From assembly GCA_963845185.1 (NCBI GenBank), contig CAWJRG010000010.1:32001-96000 (forward strand): a stretch of 64,000 bases of DNA, in the 5' to 3' direction. This DNA comes from an uncultured bacterium. GTDB taxonomy: Bacteria > Oederibacteriota > PGYV01 > CAWJRG01. Of the stretch, positions 49,677 to 57,427 are shown piece by piece; position 1 is the stretch's first letter; the number at the start of each line of letters is the position of its first letter. The position numbers were made by a program, and so were the translations under genes. The notes below the pieces were generated by a model. That model did no database searches, had not been told where the DNA came from, and saw nothing but the letters and a program-made list of their open reading frames with translations.

Positions 49677-49776
49677 TAGATATCGTTTGTTTTGTCAAGC
49701 TTACTGACGCAGACAAAACATTACGCGATCTTATACCCGCTCGAGTCTGAGGCCATCAGGCCGAAGACAAGCGGTA
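49677..49776 (-). ncRNA. structured leader element, copy D (upstream of dCMP deaminase fusion)
   Basis: UACCGCUUGUCUUCGGCC-UGAU-GGCCUCAGACUCGAGCGGGUA then AGAUCGCG-UAA-UGUUUUGUC...GACAAAACA-AA-CGAUAUCU abutting AAGGAG. Confidence 0.7.
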
Positions 49777-49787
49777 TTAGTAAAAAT

Positions 49788-50603
49788 TTATTTTTTTAAT
49801 ACTTTATTTATTATCGTCAGCCCGCCGAAAATCACGGTTGCGGTCACCACTATTGTGGCTCCTGACGCAAGATTAAAAGCATATGAAAAAATAAATCCTG
49901 TTATTGTAGAAATTATACTTATTATAACCGATAAAACAAGCAATTTTTTAAAATCATTTGTTAACAAAAGCGCCGAGGAAACCGGTATTATAAGGAATGC
50001 AACCGCAAGTATTATGCCCACTATCTTAATGGACGCCACTATTGTCACGGAAATAAGCGTCAACAGCATAAAATATATGAAATCCGTGTTAATCCCCGCT
50101 ATTCTTGCGCCTTCCTCGTCAAAAGAAAAAAACAAAAGTTCCTTGAAAAAGACATAAATTGTCGCGAGCACTACAACGCTTATGATAATTATCGTTATGA
50201 CATCACTTTCGCTCACCGCCAGTATGTCGCCGAACAAATAGCCGAATATGTCGGCGTTGTAGTTTTTGTTAAATCCGACAAATATAACTCCAAGCGCCAT
50301 GGTAAACGCGAAAAATATTCCTATAAGTGCGTCTTCTGATGTCCTTGTGGCTTTTTTCGATATGCCGATAAGCATCGCGACGATCCAAGCGAAAACAATG
50401 GCGGCTAACGAAGTATTCATGCCGAGCAAAAGTCCCAGGGCAATACCGCCGAATGCGGAATGCGCTATGCCGTCGCCTATAAATGACATTTTCTTCAGTA
50501 CAACGTAAACGCCTATAACGGCAAGCAGGGACCCGGAAACTATGCCTGCAACAAGCGCTCTCTGCACAAAACCGTAGTGAAATATATCAATCATGTAAAA
50601 CAC
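49788..50603 (-). CDS. znuB: Zn/Mn ABC transporter permease
   Basis: GVYVVLKKMSFIGDGIAHSAFGG, YLFGDIL, SFDEE.A...G. Confidence 0.9.
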   Translation of the reverse strand: MFYMIDIFHYGFVQRALVAGIVSGSLLAVIGVYVVLKKMSFIGDGIAHSAFGGIALGLLLGMNTSLAAIVFAWIVAMLIGISKKATRTSEDALIGIFFAFTMALGVIFVGFNKNYNADIFGYLFGDILAVSESDVITIIIISVVVLATIYVFFKELLFFSFDEEGARIAGINTDFIYFMLLTLISVTIVASIKIVGIILAVAFLIIPVSSALLLTNDFKKLLVLSVIISIISTITGFIFSYAFNLASGATIVVTATVIFGGLTIINKVLKK

Positions 50604-50632
50604 CTGTCTTGCTTTTAAAATCCAAAATATTT

Positions 50633-51418
50633 TTACTCATGACTGTGCTCCTCAAAGCCATGGCTCCTTTTAATGTCAAAAACATACTTTGGGTCAATCC
50701 CGCATACCTCGCATGTTTTCGCGTCCGACAGCACCCCCTCAGGTTCGCCGTGCACATGTATTTTTCTGTTAACGCATGACACCTTGTTTATCTCCCTTGC
50801 AATCATGTTTATGTCGTGTGAAACAATTATGATGGTAAGGTTCAGGCCGATTTTTAAATCATTGAGCAGCTTGTAAAAAGCTTCCTGGTTTTTGAAATCC
50901 ACGCCTGTCGTGGGCTCGTCAAGTATCAAAAGTTCCGGGTTGTTGACAAGGCTGCGTGCGATGAAAACCCTTTGTTTCTGCCCTCCCGAAAGCGCGCCTA
51001 TATGTGTAGCAGCGTAACTGGCCATATCTGTCTTTTCAAGGGCTTCCATTGCTTTTTGTCTGTGCTCTTTTGTCGTCTTTTTGCCGGGACCCATTGAGGC
51101 GTAAAGCCCCATCATCACGGTATCAATCACGCTGACCGGAAAACTCGTGTTAATAAATGTCTCCTGCCTAACATAACCTATCTTATGCCTGTCTTCTTTG
51201 GAAAAATTCCACGGCGTTTTCCCGAAAACAAGTACCTCTCCTTTTGTCGGTTTTAACACTCCGGCTATTAATTTCAGCAGGGTTGTTTTCCCGCCGCCGT
51301 TCGGGCCTATTATCCCGAGAAAATCATTTTTCTCTATCTCGAAATTTACATCCTCTATTACGTCCTTGCCGTTGTATCCGGCAGAGACATTCCTGAATAT
51401 TATTATTTTTTCGTTCAC
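50633..51418 (-). CDS. znuC: Zn/Mn ABC transporter ATPase
   Basis: GPNGGGKTT, LSGGQKQR, LDEPT, His/Cys-rich tail. Confidence 0.9.
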   Translation of the reverse strand: MNEKIIIFRNVSAGYNGKDVIEDVNFEIEKNDFLGIIGPNGGGKTTLLKLIAGVLKPTKGEVLVFGKTPWNFSKEDRHKIGYVRQETFINTSFPVSVIDTVMMGLYASMGPGKKTTKEHRQKAMEALEKTDMASYAATHIGALSGGQKQRVFIARSLVNNPELLILDEPTTGVDFKNQEAFYKLLNDLKIGLNLTIIIVSHDINMIAREINKVSCVNRKIHVHGEPEGVLSDAKTCEVCGIDPKYVFDIKRSHGFEEHSHE

Positions 51419-52281
51419 TTCATAGCTTCCTTCATGGCATCCAGATTTTTTTTCATAAATTCAACATAGGTTTCGTCCGTATTCCCGACCGGATCCAGTA
51501 CCAGGACCGACACACCCGCTTCTTTCGCGATTATATCCGCTGCTTTTCTCGGCAGCTGCGGCTCGGCAAAAATTGTCTTTATTTTGTATTTTTTTATCTG
51601 GCTTATTATATTTTCCAGCTCCTTGGGCGTCGGTTCCTTGCCCGGCGTTTCCTCGATAACGCCCACTTCTTTTAACCCGTATCTTTTTTCAAAATATGCC
51701 CATGCCGGATGGAAAGAAACAATATTTTTAATACCAAATTTCGACACTTCTCCCCTTATGTATTTATCAAGCGCGTCAAGCTGCATGTCCAAAAGTGCGT
51801 ATCTCGCGTAAAACGGGTCCTGTTTAAACGCTGGCACAGCAATTGCATCGTATATTTTTGCCGCTATATCTTTTACAAGGATAGGGTCGAGCCATATATG
51901 GGGATTTCCTGCCTCATGGTGCTTTTCATGTTCCTCTCCCTGTTCCTGCATAAGCTTGACGCCGTCAGTGCAGCGTATGATTTTAAGTTTTTTGTTCCCG
52001 GCAGCCCGGAGCATTTTCTCGTCCCAGAACTCCATACCTGCGCCTACCTCGATAAAAATATCCGCGTCTGCCAGTTCCTTTACCTGTGAAGGCTTTGGCT
52101 CGAATGTATGCTCGCTGGCGCCTGGCGGCACCATTACTGTTATATCCGCTTTATCGCCCGTTATCGCTTTTGTTATATTGTAAAGCGGTATTATGCTTAC
52201 GACAATTTTCAGCTTTTTTTCCGCTGCAAAAATATTGCATGCTATGTACGCTACCGCCAATAACAGAATTAACTTTTTCAT
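51415..52281 (-). CDS. znuA: Zn/Mn ABC substrate-binding protein
   Basis: PGASEHTFEP, His-rich loop, NPHIWLDP, HPAW.YF. Confidence 0.9.
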   Translation of the reverse strand: MKKLILLLAVAYIACNIFAAEKKLKIVVSIIPLYNITKAITGDKADITVMVPPGASEHTFEPKPSQVKELADADIFIEVGAGMEFWDEKMLRAAGNKKLKIIRCTDGVKLMQEQGEEHEKHHEAGNPHIWLDPILVKDIAAKIYDAIAVPAFKQDPFYARYALLDMQLDALDKYIRGEVSKFGIKNIVSFHPAWAYFEKRYGLKEVGVIEETPGKEPTPKELENIISQIKKYKIKTIFAEPQLPRKAADIIAKEAGVSVLVLDPVGNTDETYVEFMKKNLDAMKEAMK

Positions 52282-52284
52282 CGT

Positions 52285-53151
52285 TCACCGCCTTGATTTT
52301 AACGCGTATTTTAAAACAATACTGCCTATGGGCAAGCCGAGGTCATCGGCAATTACTTCACATTTAACTTTCAGCAGGAAAAATATCGGCCTTTTTTCCT
52401 CACGTAAAAGCTCGTAATTTCCCTGCCCTTTGCTTATTATTACGTCTGCGTTTTTATAAAACTCCAGGAACTGCCTGGTTCCTTTTCCCGGCATAATCCC
52501 GGGCATGTCAGAGCCTGACGATATTATTGCAGCACATTTGTTCAAGCCCGAAAAATTCGCGTCTGCCAGCATTGCATCGTTGATTATCGGCTTTTCTTTG
52601 ACGGCATATACGATACTGCATTTGTTATGGGCTTTTATTTCCTCGATTAAAACCCTGTCAAAAACTGTCTCGCCAGCGTTGTCGCTAAGGTATAAAATAC
52701 TTTTTGCTTTTTTAATTTCGCGCTTGAATTCAACAGCGTCAAACACCCCTGATTTCGCAAAAAAAGCCTCATTAAGCTCTTTTCTAATATCAAAATGCCC
52801 GTTCACGCCGAAATCAATTATATTGCCTGCAATCGCTGCCCTGACTGCAGCCAGCAGCCTGTCTTTTGACTTTTCAACCCTCATTTTTACATCCGGATAA
52901 AGCTTTAGGGCAAGTGCGTTGTACTCTTTTTTCAGGTTTTTATACGGGTCTTTCTGTCCGGATATTTTTTTTACTATGTCCTGCACCCTCTTGCCCATGA
53001 CAGGCGGCGGCACATCCATGTCGTGTGCTATCATGCTGCGCGCAACTTCAACAAGAATTCTCTTATGCAAATCCTTTTTCTTTGTCGCTATCCTGCCTGC
53101 TTTCAGCGCTTGCGCTATAAAACACGGCATGCAGTCAACAGCTGTTTTCAT
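52285..53151 (-). CDS. DUF89/ARMT1-like damage-control phosphatase
   Basis: C.PC, AIAGNIIDF, DNAGE..FD, PIINDA, SKGQGNYE, KC. Confidence 0.92.
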   Translation of the reverse strand: MKTAVDCMPCFIAQALKAGRIATKKKDLHKRILVEVARSMIAHDMDVPPPVMGKRVQDIVKKISGQKDPYKNLKKEYNALALKLYPDVKMRVEKSKDRLLAAVRAAIAGNIIDFGVNGHFDIRKELNEAFFAKSGVFDAVEFKREIKKAKSILYLSDNAGETVFDRVLIEEIKAHNKCSIVYAVKEKPIINDAMLADANFSGLNKCAAIISSGSDMPGIMPGKGTRQFLEFYKNADVIISKGQGNYELLREEKRPIFFLLKVKCEVIADDLGLPIGSIVLKYALKSRR

Positions 53152-54077
53152 AATTGTTTACCAATGAATTTATAAAATTCCTTATCCCCAAAAACTTCTT
53201 TGATGATTTTTCCGTCATCAAGTAAATTTTTTAAATATTTTTCAATTTCTTTATCAGAAATATTTAATGCCTGCCCAAAATCTTCCGCTGTCATTGGCCT
53301 GCGCTGTAAAGCATCAAGCATCGCGTCCTCAATATTATCAATTGTCTTCAGTTGACCTCCCTTATAACTTCCTATTACTTCGGCTTTTGGTCCGAGCAAA
53401 GCCCTGAGTGTTTCCAGTTTTGCGCTGTCCACAGGTTCCGCGGCCTCTTCCGCACGCGAGCGCACAACCGTATTTAGCTGAATCTTTTTTATTTGCGGAA
53501 TGCCGTCAATTACTTTTTTTATTTCAAGCATTTCCTTTTCATTGTCGTTAAATCCCTTTACCACCATTATTTCAAGCCAGATTTCCCCTTTATATTCCGC
53601 CGCGAATTCTTTCAGGCCCTTTATTACTTTTTCAGCCGTTATGCTTTTATGCGGCCTGTTTATCCTGATAAAAGTTTCTTTTGTCACCGCGTCAAGCGAA
53701 GGCAACACCATATCCGCGCCCATCAAATCCTTTCTCACTTTCTTGTCATAAAGCAACACCCCGTTTGTAATAACCGCTATTTTTTTATTCGTGATTTTCC
53801 TTATTTCAGCTATTACCTCGCCAAGATTCAGTGCAAGTGTCGGCTCGCCCGAGCCTGATATCGTCACATAGTCAGTATTACCGCCCTTGTTGAAAAACTC
53901 TTTTATTTCAGCGATTACATCCGCAGTCTTGACAAACAACGTGCGCTCACTGACAAGCTTAAAACTTTTCCCAAGTTCGCAGTACACGCAGTTTAAATTG
54001 CAGGACTTGCCAGCAAGTAAATCTATTCCCAGTGACAAACCAAGCCTGCGTGACGGAACCGGTCCGAAAATATACAT
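53148..54077 (-). CDS. radical SAM protein
   Basis: FGPVPSRRLG.SLG, CNLNCVYC, SGSGEPTL. Confidence 0.93.
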   Translation of the reverse strand: MYIFGPVPSRRLGLSLGIDLLAGKSCNLNCVYCELGKSFKLVSERTLFVKTADVIAEIKEFFNKGGNTDYVTISGSGEPTLALNLGEVIAEIRKITNKKIAVITNGVLLYDKKVRKDLMGADMVLPSLDAVTKETFIRINRPHKSITAEKVIKGLKEFAAEYKGEIWLEIMVVKGFNDNEKEMLEIKKVIDGIPQIKKIQLNTVVRSRAEEAAEPVDSAKLETLRALLGPKAEVIGSYKGGQLKTIDNIEDAMLDALQRRPMTAEDFGQALNISDKEIEKYLKNLLDDGKIIKEVFGDKEFYKFIGKQL

Positions 54078-54144
54078 TCTATTTTTCTCCTTATATTAAG
54101 GTCGGCAATAAATTATAAACGATTGACATTTGATTTGGAATTTC

Positions 54145-54453
54145 TTATTTTTTATATTTGACTTTCTCTTTTACCGTTTTTACGCTTCTTTCCATGGAAG
54201 TTATTATATCCTTCCTGTCGTCGATTTTAATCGTTGTTATAACCCTTTTCACGTCATCGGCAAACATAGCTTCATGCATTTGTCTGGAAACGTCAAAAAG
54301 CATTGCTACATCGGCTTCCACGACCGTACACATTGGGCATACTTCGTATTTTAACCCCATATTATCAAGGATTTTTATGGCACTTGCCTGGTATTTGCTT
54401 ACACCTGCTGTTTTCGTGCCCAAAGGCAACATGTTGATTTCCATAAGAGCCAT
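54145..54453 (-). CDS. MTH1187-family thiamine-binding protein
   Basis: P.G....VS.Y, PM.T.VE, RV.T.IKIDDR.D; SD AAGGAGG. Confidence 0.88.
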   Translation of the reverse strand: MALMEINMLPLGTKTAGVSKYQASAIKILDNMGLKYEVCPMCTVVEADVAMLFDVSRQMHEAMFADDVKRVITTIKIDDRKDIITSMERSVKTVKEKVKYKK

Positions 54454-54454
54454 T

Positions 54455-54625
54455 TTATTCCTCCTTTCCCACCGCATTTTCAATACCGGGTATTTTGCCC
54501 TTAAAGCAAACCGGTATTGACGGGCATCCTTTTCTGTCAAAGGTTTTGCAGTATTTGTATGTAACCTCTCCGCCCAGCACCGGGCAGCGTATGCTCAATT
54601 CATCGTATTTCGAATACGAATCCAT
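54455..54625 (-). CDS. 56-aa four-cysteine protein (not in ORF track)
   Basis: Own translation MDSYSKYDELSIRCPVLGGEVTYKYCKTFDRKGCPSIPVCFKGKIPGIENAVGKEE; SD AGGCGG; stop abuts the next gene. Confidence 0.65.
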   Translation of the reverse strand: MDSYSKYDELSIRCPVLGGEVTYKYCKTFDRKGCPSIPVCFKGKIPGIENAVGKEE

Positions 54626-54832
54626 TATATTACCGCCTTTTTATGTAAATTTATGATAAATTATATAGGTATATTAAAAAATTGTCAAATAATGAAATTT
54701 TTATCAGAGGCACTTTCATTCAACCACGGGATTGCTGTAGTTGAATGAAAGTAGACTAAAATCAAACATCCAACCTTATTGAGAGGTTTTAAAGCCCTCT
54801 CCTTAAAAAACGACGAAGTTGGGAGGACTACA

Positions 54833-54853
54833 GTACCACGGCTTTAGCAGTGG
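54833..54853. repeat. REP-like palindrome, unoccupied version of the IS target
   Basis: GTACCACGGCTTTAGCAGTGG; reverse complement matches the reconstructed target of IS copy 2. Confidence 0.6.
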
Positions 54854-54868
54854 ATATCCATAATTAGC

Positions 54869-54896
54869 TTGAAAATTTTCGTCTTTACTTTATAAT
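54869..54896 (+). promoter_or_regulatory. sigma70 promoter of serS
   Basis: TTGAAA-16-TATAAT. Confidence 0.55.
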
Positions 54897-54943
54897 AAAC
54901 ACTCACGAGATTAAAATCATAAACACATCATTTAGGAGAAAAT

Positions 54944-56221
54944 ATGCACGATATCAAGGTATTGAGGGAAACTCCCGATAAAATTAAAGAAGGCATTTCC
55001 AAAAAAGGTGTAAACACCAAAATAGTGGACGAGGCCCTCGAAATAGATGGAAAAAGGCGCGTAGTACTTCAGGAAGTGGAGAAACTAAAAGCAGAAAACA
55101 ACAAGGTTTCGGGCGACATAGCAAAAATGAAAAGAGAAGGCAAAGATACAGCCGGCATAATTGCTTCAATGAAAAAAGTGACGGATAAAATAAAAGAACT
55201 GGATGAGGAACTGGCAAAAATAGAGGAAGAGTTTAATAAAAAGATGGTCTGGATACCGAATATTCCCCATAGTGACGTCCCTGTTGGAAAAGACGAGACA
55301 TCAAACGTAATAGTCTCTCAATGGGGTGAAAAAGCCAATTTCGGCTTTAAACCCAAACCACACTGGGAAATAGCCGAATACCTCGATATTCTCGACTCCG
55401 CGCGCGCGGCAAAAATAACAGGTGCCAGATTCACTCTCTATAAGGGAGCAGGCGCTTTGCTTGAACGCGCGCTTATCAATTTTATGCTCGATGTCCATAC
55501 AAGGGAGCACAATTATACCGAAATAATTCCCCCGATACTCGTCAACAGGGATTCCATGCTCGGCACTGCACAGCTTCCTAAGCTTGAGCCTGATATGTTC
55601 AAAGTCGTAGAGCCTGATTATTTTTTAATTCCGACTGCCGAGGTTCCGGTCACAAGCATACACAAGGATGAAATATTAAAGGAAAAAGACCTGCCAGTAT
55701 ATTACACGGCCTATACCCCGTGTTTCAGGAAGGAAGCAGGCTCTTACGGCAAGGATATGAAAGGCATAGTAAGGATGCACCAGTTTAATAAAGTCGAACT
55801 GGTAAAACTCGTACATCCCGATGCTTCTTATAACGAACTGGAGAAACTTCTCAAGGATGCATGTGTTATCCCGCAAAGGCTCGGCCTCCATTATAGGGTT
55901 GCGGCTCTTTCAACAGGCGACCTGAGCTTTGCGTCCGCAAAAACTTATGATATAGAAATATGGCATCCGGGCGGTGAAAGGTACTGGGAGGTGTCCTCCT
56001 GCTCCAACTTTGAGGATTTCCAGGCGCGGCGCTTAAAAATCAGGTTTAAGGACAGGGAAAACAAGGTGAGGTTTGTGCATACTTTAAATGGCTCAGGCCT
56101 TGCGACTTCACGACTGCTTCCCGCAATACTTGAAGTATATCAGACCGAAAATATGGAAGTTATTATCCCTGAAGTTCTCAGGCCTTACATGGCCGGAATT
56201 GACAAAATCAAGAAAAAATAG
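54944..56221 (+). CDS. serS: seryl-tRNA synthetase
   Basis: N-terminal coiled coil, IPN.PH..VP.G, LIPTAEVP, CFRKEAGS.G, HQF.KVE, EVSSCSN..DFQARR, HTLNGSGLA. Confidence 0.98.
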   Translation: MHDIKVLRETPDKIKEGISKKGVNTKIVDEALEIDGKRRVVLQEVEKLKAENNKVSGDIAKMKREGKDTAGIIASMKKVTDKIKELDEELAKIEEEFNKKMVWIPNIPHSDVPVGKDETSNVIVSQWGEKANFGFKPKPHWEIAEYLDILDSARAAKITGARFTLYKGAGALLERALINFMLDVHTREHNYTEIIPPILVNRDSMLGTAQLPKLEPDMFKVVEPDYFLIPTAEVPVTSIHKDEILKEKDLPVYYTAYTPCFRKEAGSYGKDMKGIVRMHQFNKVELVKLVHPDASYNELEKLLKDACVIPQRLGLHYRVAALSTGDLSFASAKTYDIEIWHPGGERYWEVSSCSNFEDFQARRLKIRFKDRENKVRFVHTLNGSGLATSRLLPAILEVYQTENMEVIIPEVLRPYMAGIDKIKKK

Positions 56222-56270
56222 TATTATTCCATCTCAGGTTATTGGACTAAAATATAAGCAGGAGGTTCCA

Positions 56271-56498
56271 ATGGAAGAAAATAAGCCGGTAGAAAACCAG
56301 CCAAAAGCCGCTGCAGGCAAAAACAAAAACGGCCTTTATGTCATAGGCATTGCCATAGCTATTCTTGTGCTGGGATACTACATACTTACAAAGGTAAACG
56401 CAGACGCGTCAAACTGGGCAGGGGCCGTGTCGCCTATCCTTATAATAGGCGGGTATATACTTGTCGCTGTCGGCATCCTGATAGGCTGGGACGAATAA
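56271..56498 (+). CDS. small two-TM membrane protein (DUF3098-like)
   Basis: SD GGAGG; N...IGI....LGY...SPILIIGGY. Confidence 0.7.
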   Translation: MEENKPVENQPKAAAGKNKNGLYVIGIAIAILVLGYYILTKVNADASNWAGAVSPILIIGGYILVAVGILIGWDE

Positions 56499-56581
56499 AG
56501 CATTTCTGATTTCAAATTTCAGATTGCAGATTTTAAACTTTAAATCTAAAATTTAAAAATATGAATTTTGAAATTATTTAA

Positions 56582-56668
56582 GGAGGGCTAGTCCTAATTG
56601 GTAAGGCGTCTGACTTGAAATCAGATGGGCGCAAGCCCTTGGGGGTTCGAGTCCCTCGCCCTCCGCCA
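56582..56668 (+). tRNA. tRNA-Ser(TGA)
   Basis: Acceptor GGAGGGC/GCCCTCC, anticodon arm TCTGA-CTTGAAA-TCAGA, long variable arm, GGTTCGAGTCC, G73, encoded CCA. Confidence 0.93.
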
Positions 56669-56831
56669 AGATTACCAATAATACCGTTGATGTAAAATTT
56701 GTTCATTGTGATCCGATAGCGGAAAGGACTCGAAGCGAGTGAGCGCCGAGCGATTAGCGAGGAATAGCCGATTAGGCGTCAGCGAACGAGGGGGTCGACG
56801 AGCGAAACGCTGGAGCGTTTCGTAAGGTGAC

Positions 56832-56852
56832 CGAGTCCCTCGCCCTCCGCCA
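56832..56852 (+). repeat. exact direct repeat of the last 21 nt of tRNA-Ser(TGA)
   Basis: CGAGTCCCTCGCCCTCCGCCA equals 56648-56668; a 13-nt third copy lies at 57409-57421. Confidence 0.9.
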
Positions 56853-57021
56853 TGATTTTCAGCTTCGCTGAAAATCCGAGAACCGAGAATAGATAATTGA
56901 AAATAGAACAAGGTAGCAACGGCTTAATCTAATTATAAATAAATGCACACAGTCGATTCTCAATTTTCAATTTTCAGATTTTATTATCCCATAGTATAGT
57001 TTTTTAACATATTTTCCTCGC

Positions 57022-57230
57022 GGAGAGATGGCCGAGTGGACGATGGCAGCTGCCTGCCAAGCAGTTGATCCGGATAACTGGTTCGAGGGCTTCGGCCTGC
57101 GGCCGAAGACAAGGCTCACGCCGAGCGATTAGCGAGGAAAAGCAAAGCGTATAATCATTGCCGCTTTGCGCAAGTGAGCCGAGGCGAGACTACGCAGCAC
57201 GCTTCCAGCGGGCGGAGTAGTCGAATCCCC
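57022..57230 (+). pseudogene. interrupted tRNA-Ser-like copy with GCC anticodon and ~130-nt insert in the T-loop
   Basis: 5' ~48 nt match tRNA-Ser(GCT) except anticodon GCC; T arm split (GAGGGCTTCG...TCGAATCCC); 3' acceptor strand missing. Confidence 0.8.
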
Positions 57231-57295
57231 ATCGCCAAGGGCGATGAAATGCAACTTTGAAATAATAAAGAGCGTTATAATATTTATCTTCCTGC

Positions 57296-57387
57296 GGAGA
57301 GATGGCCGAGTGGACGATGGCAGCTGCCTGCTAAGCAGTTGATCTGGGCAACCGGGTCCGAGGGTTCGAATCCCTCTCTCTCCGCCA
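57296..57387 (+). tRNA. tRNA-Ser(GCT)
   Basis: GGAGAGA/TCTCTCC acceptor, loop CTGCTAA, long variable arm, GGTTCGAATCC, G-CCA. Confidence 0.95.
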
Positions 57388-57427
57388 TTTTATTATATAA
57401 AAATGGATTCGCCCTCCGCCACAATAA

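Noticed and set aside
54760..54943. T-box leader for serS
   Set aside because: No T-box consensus or terminator, and the promoter lies only about 45 nt before the start codon
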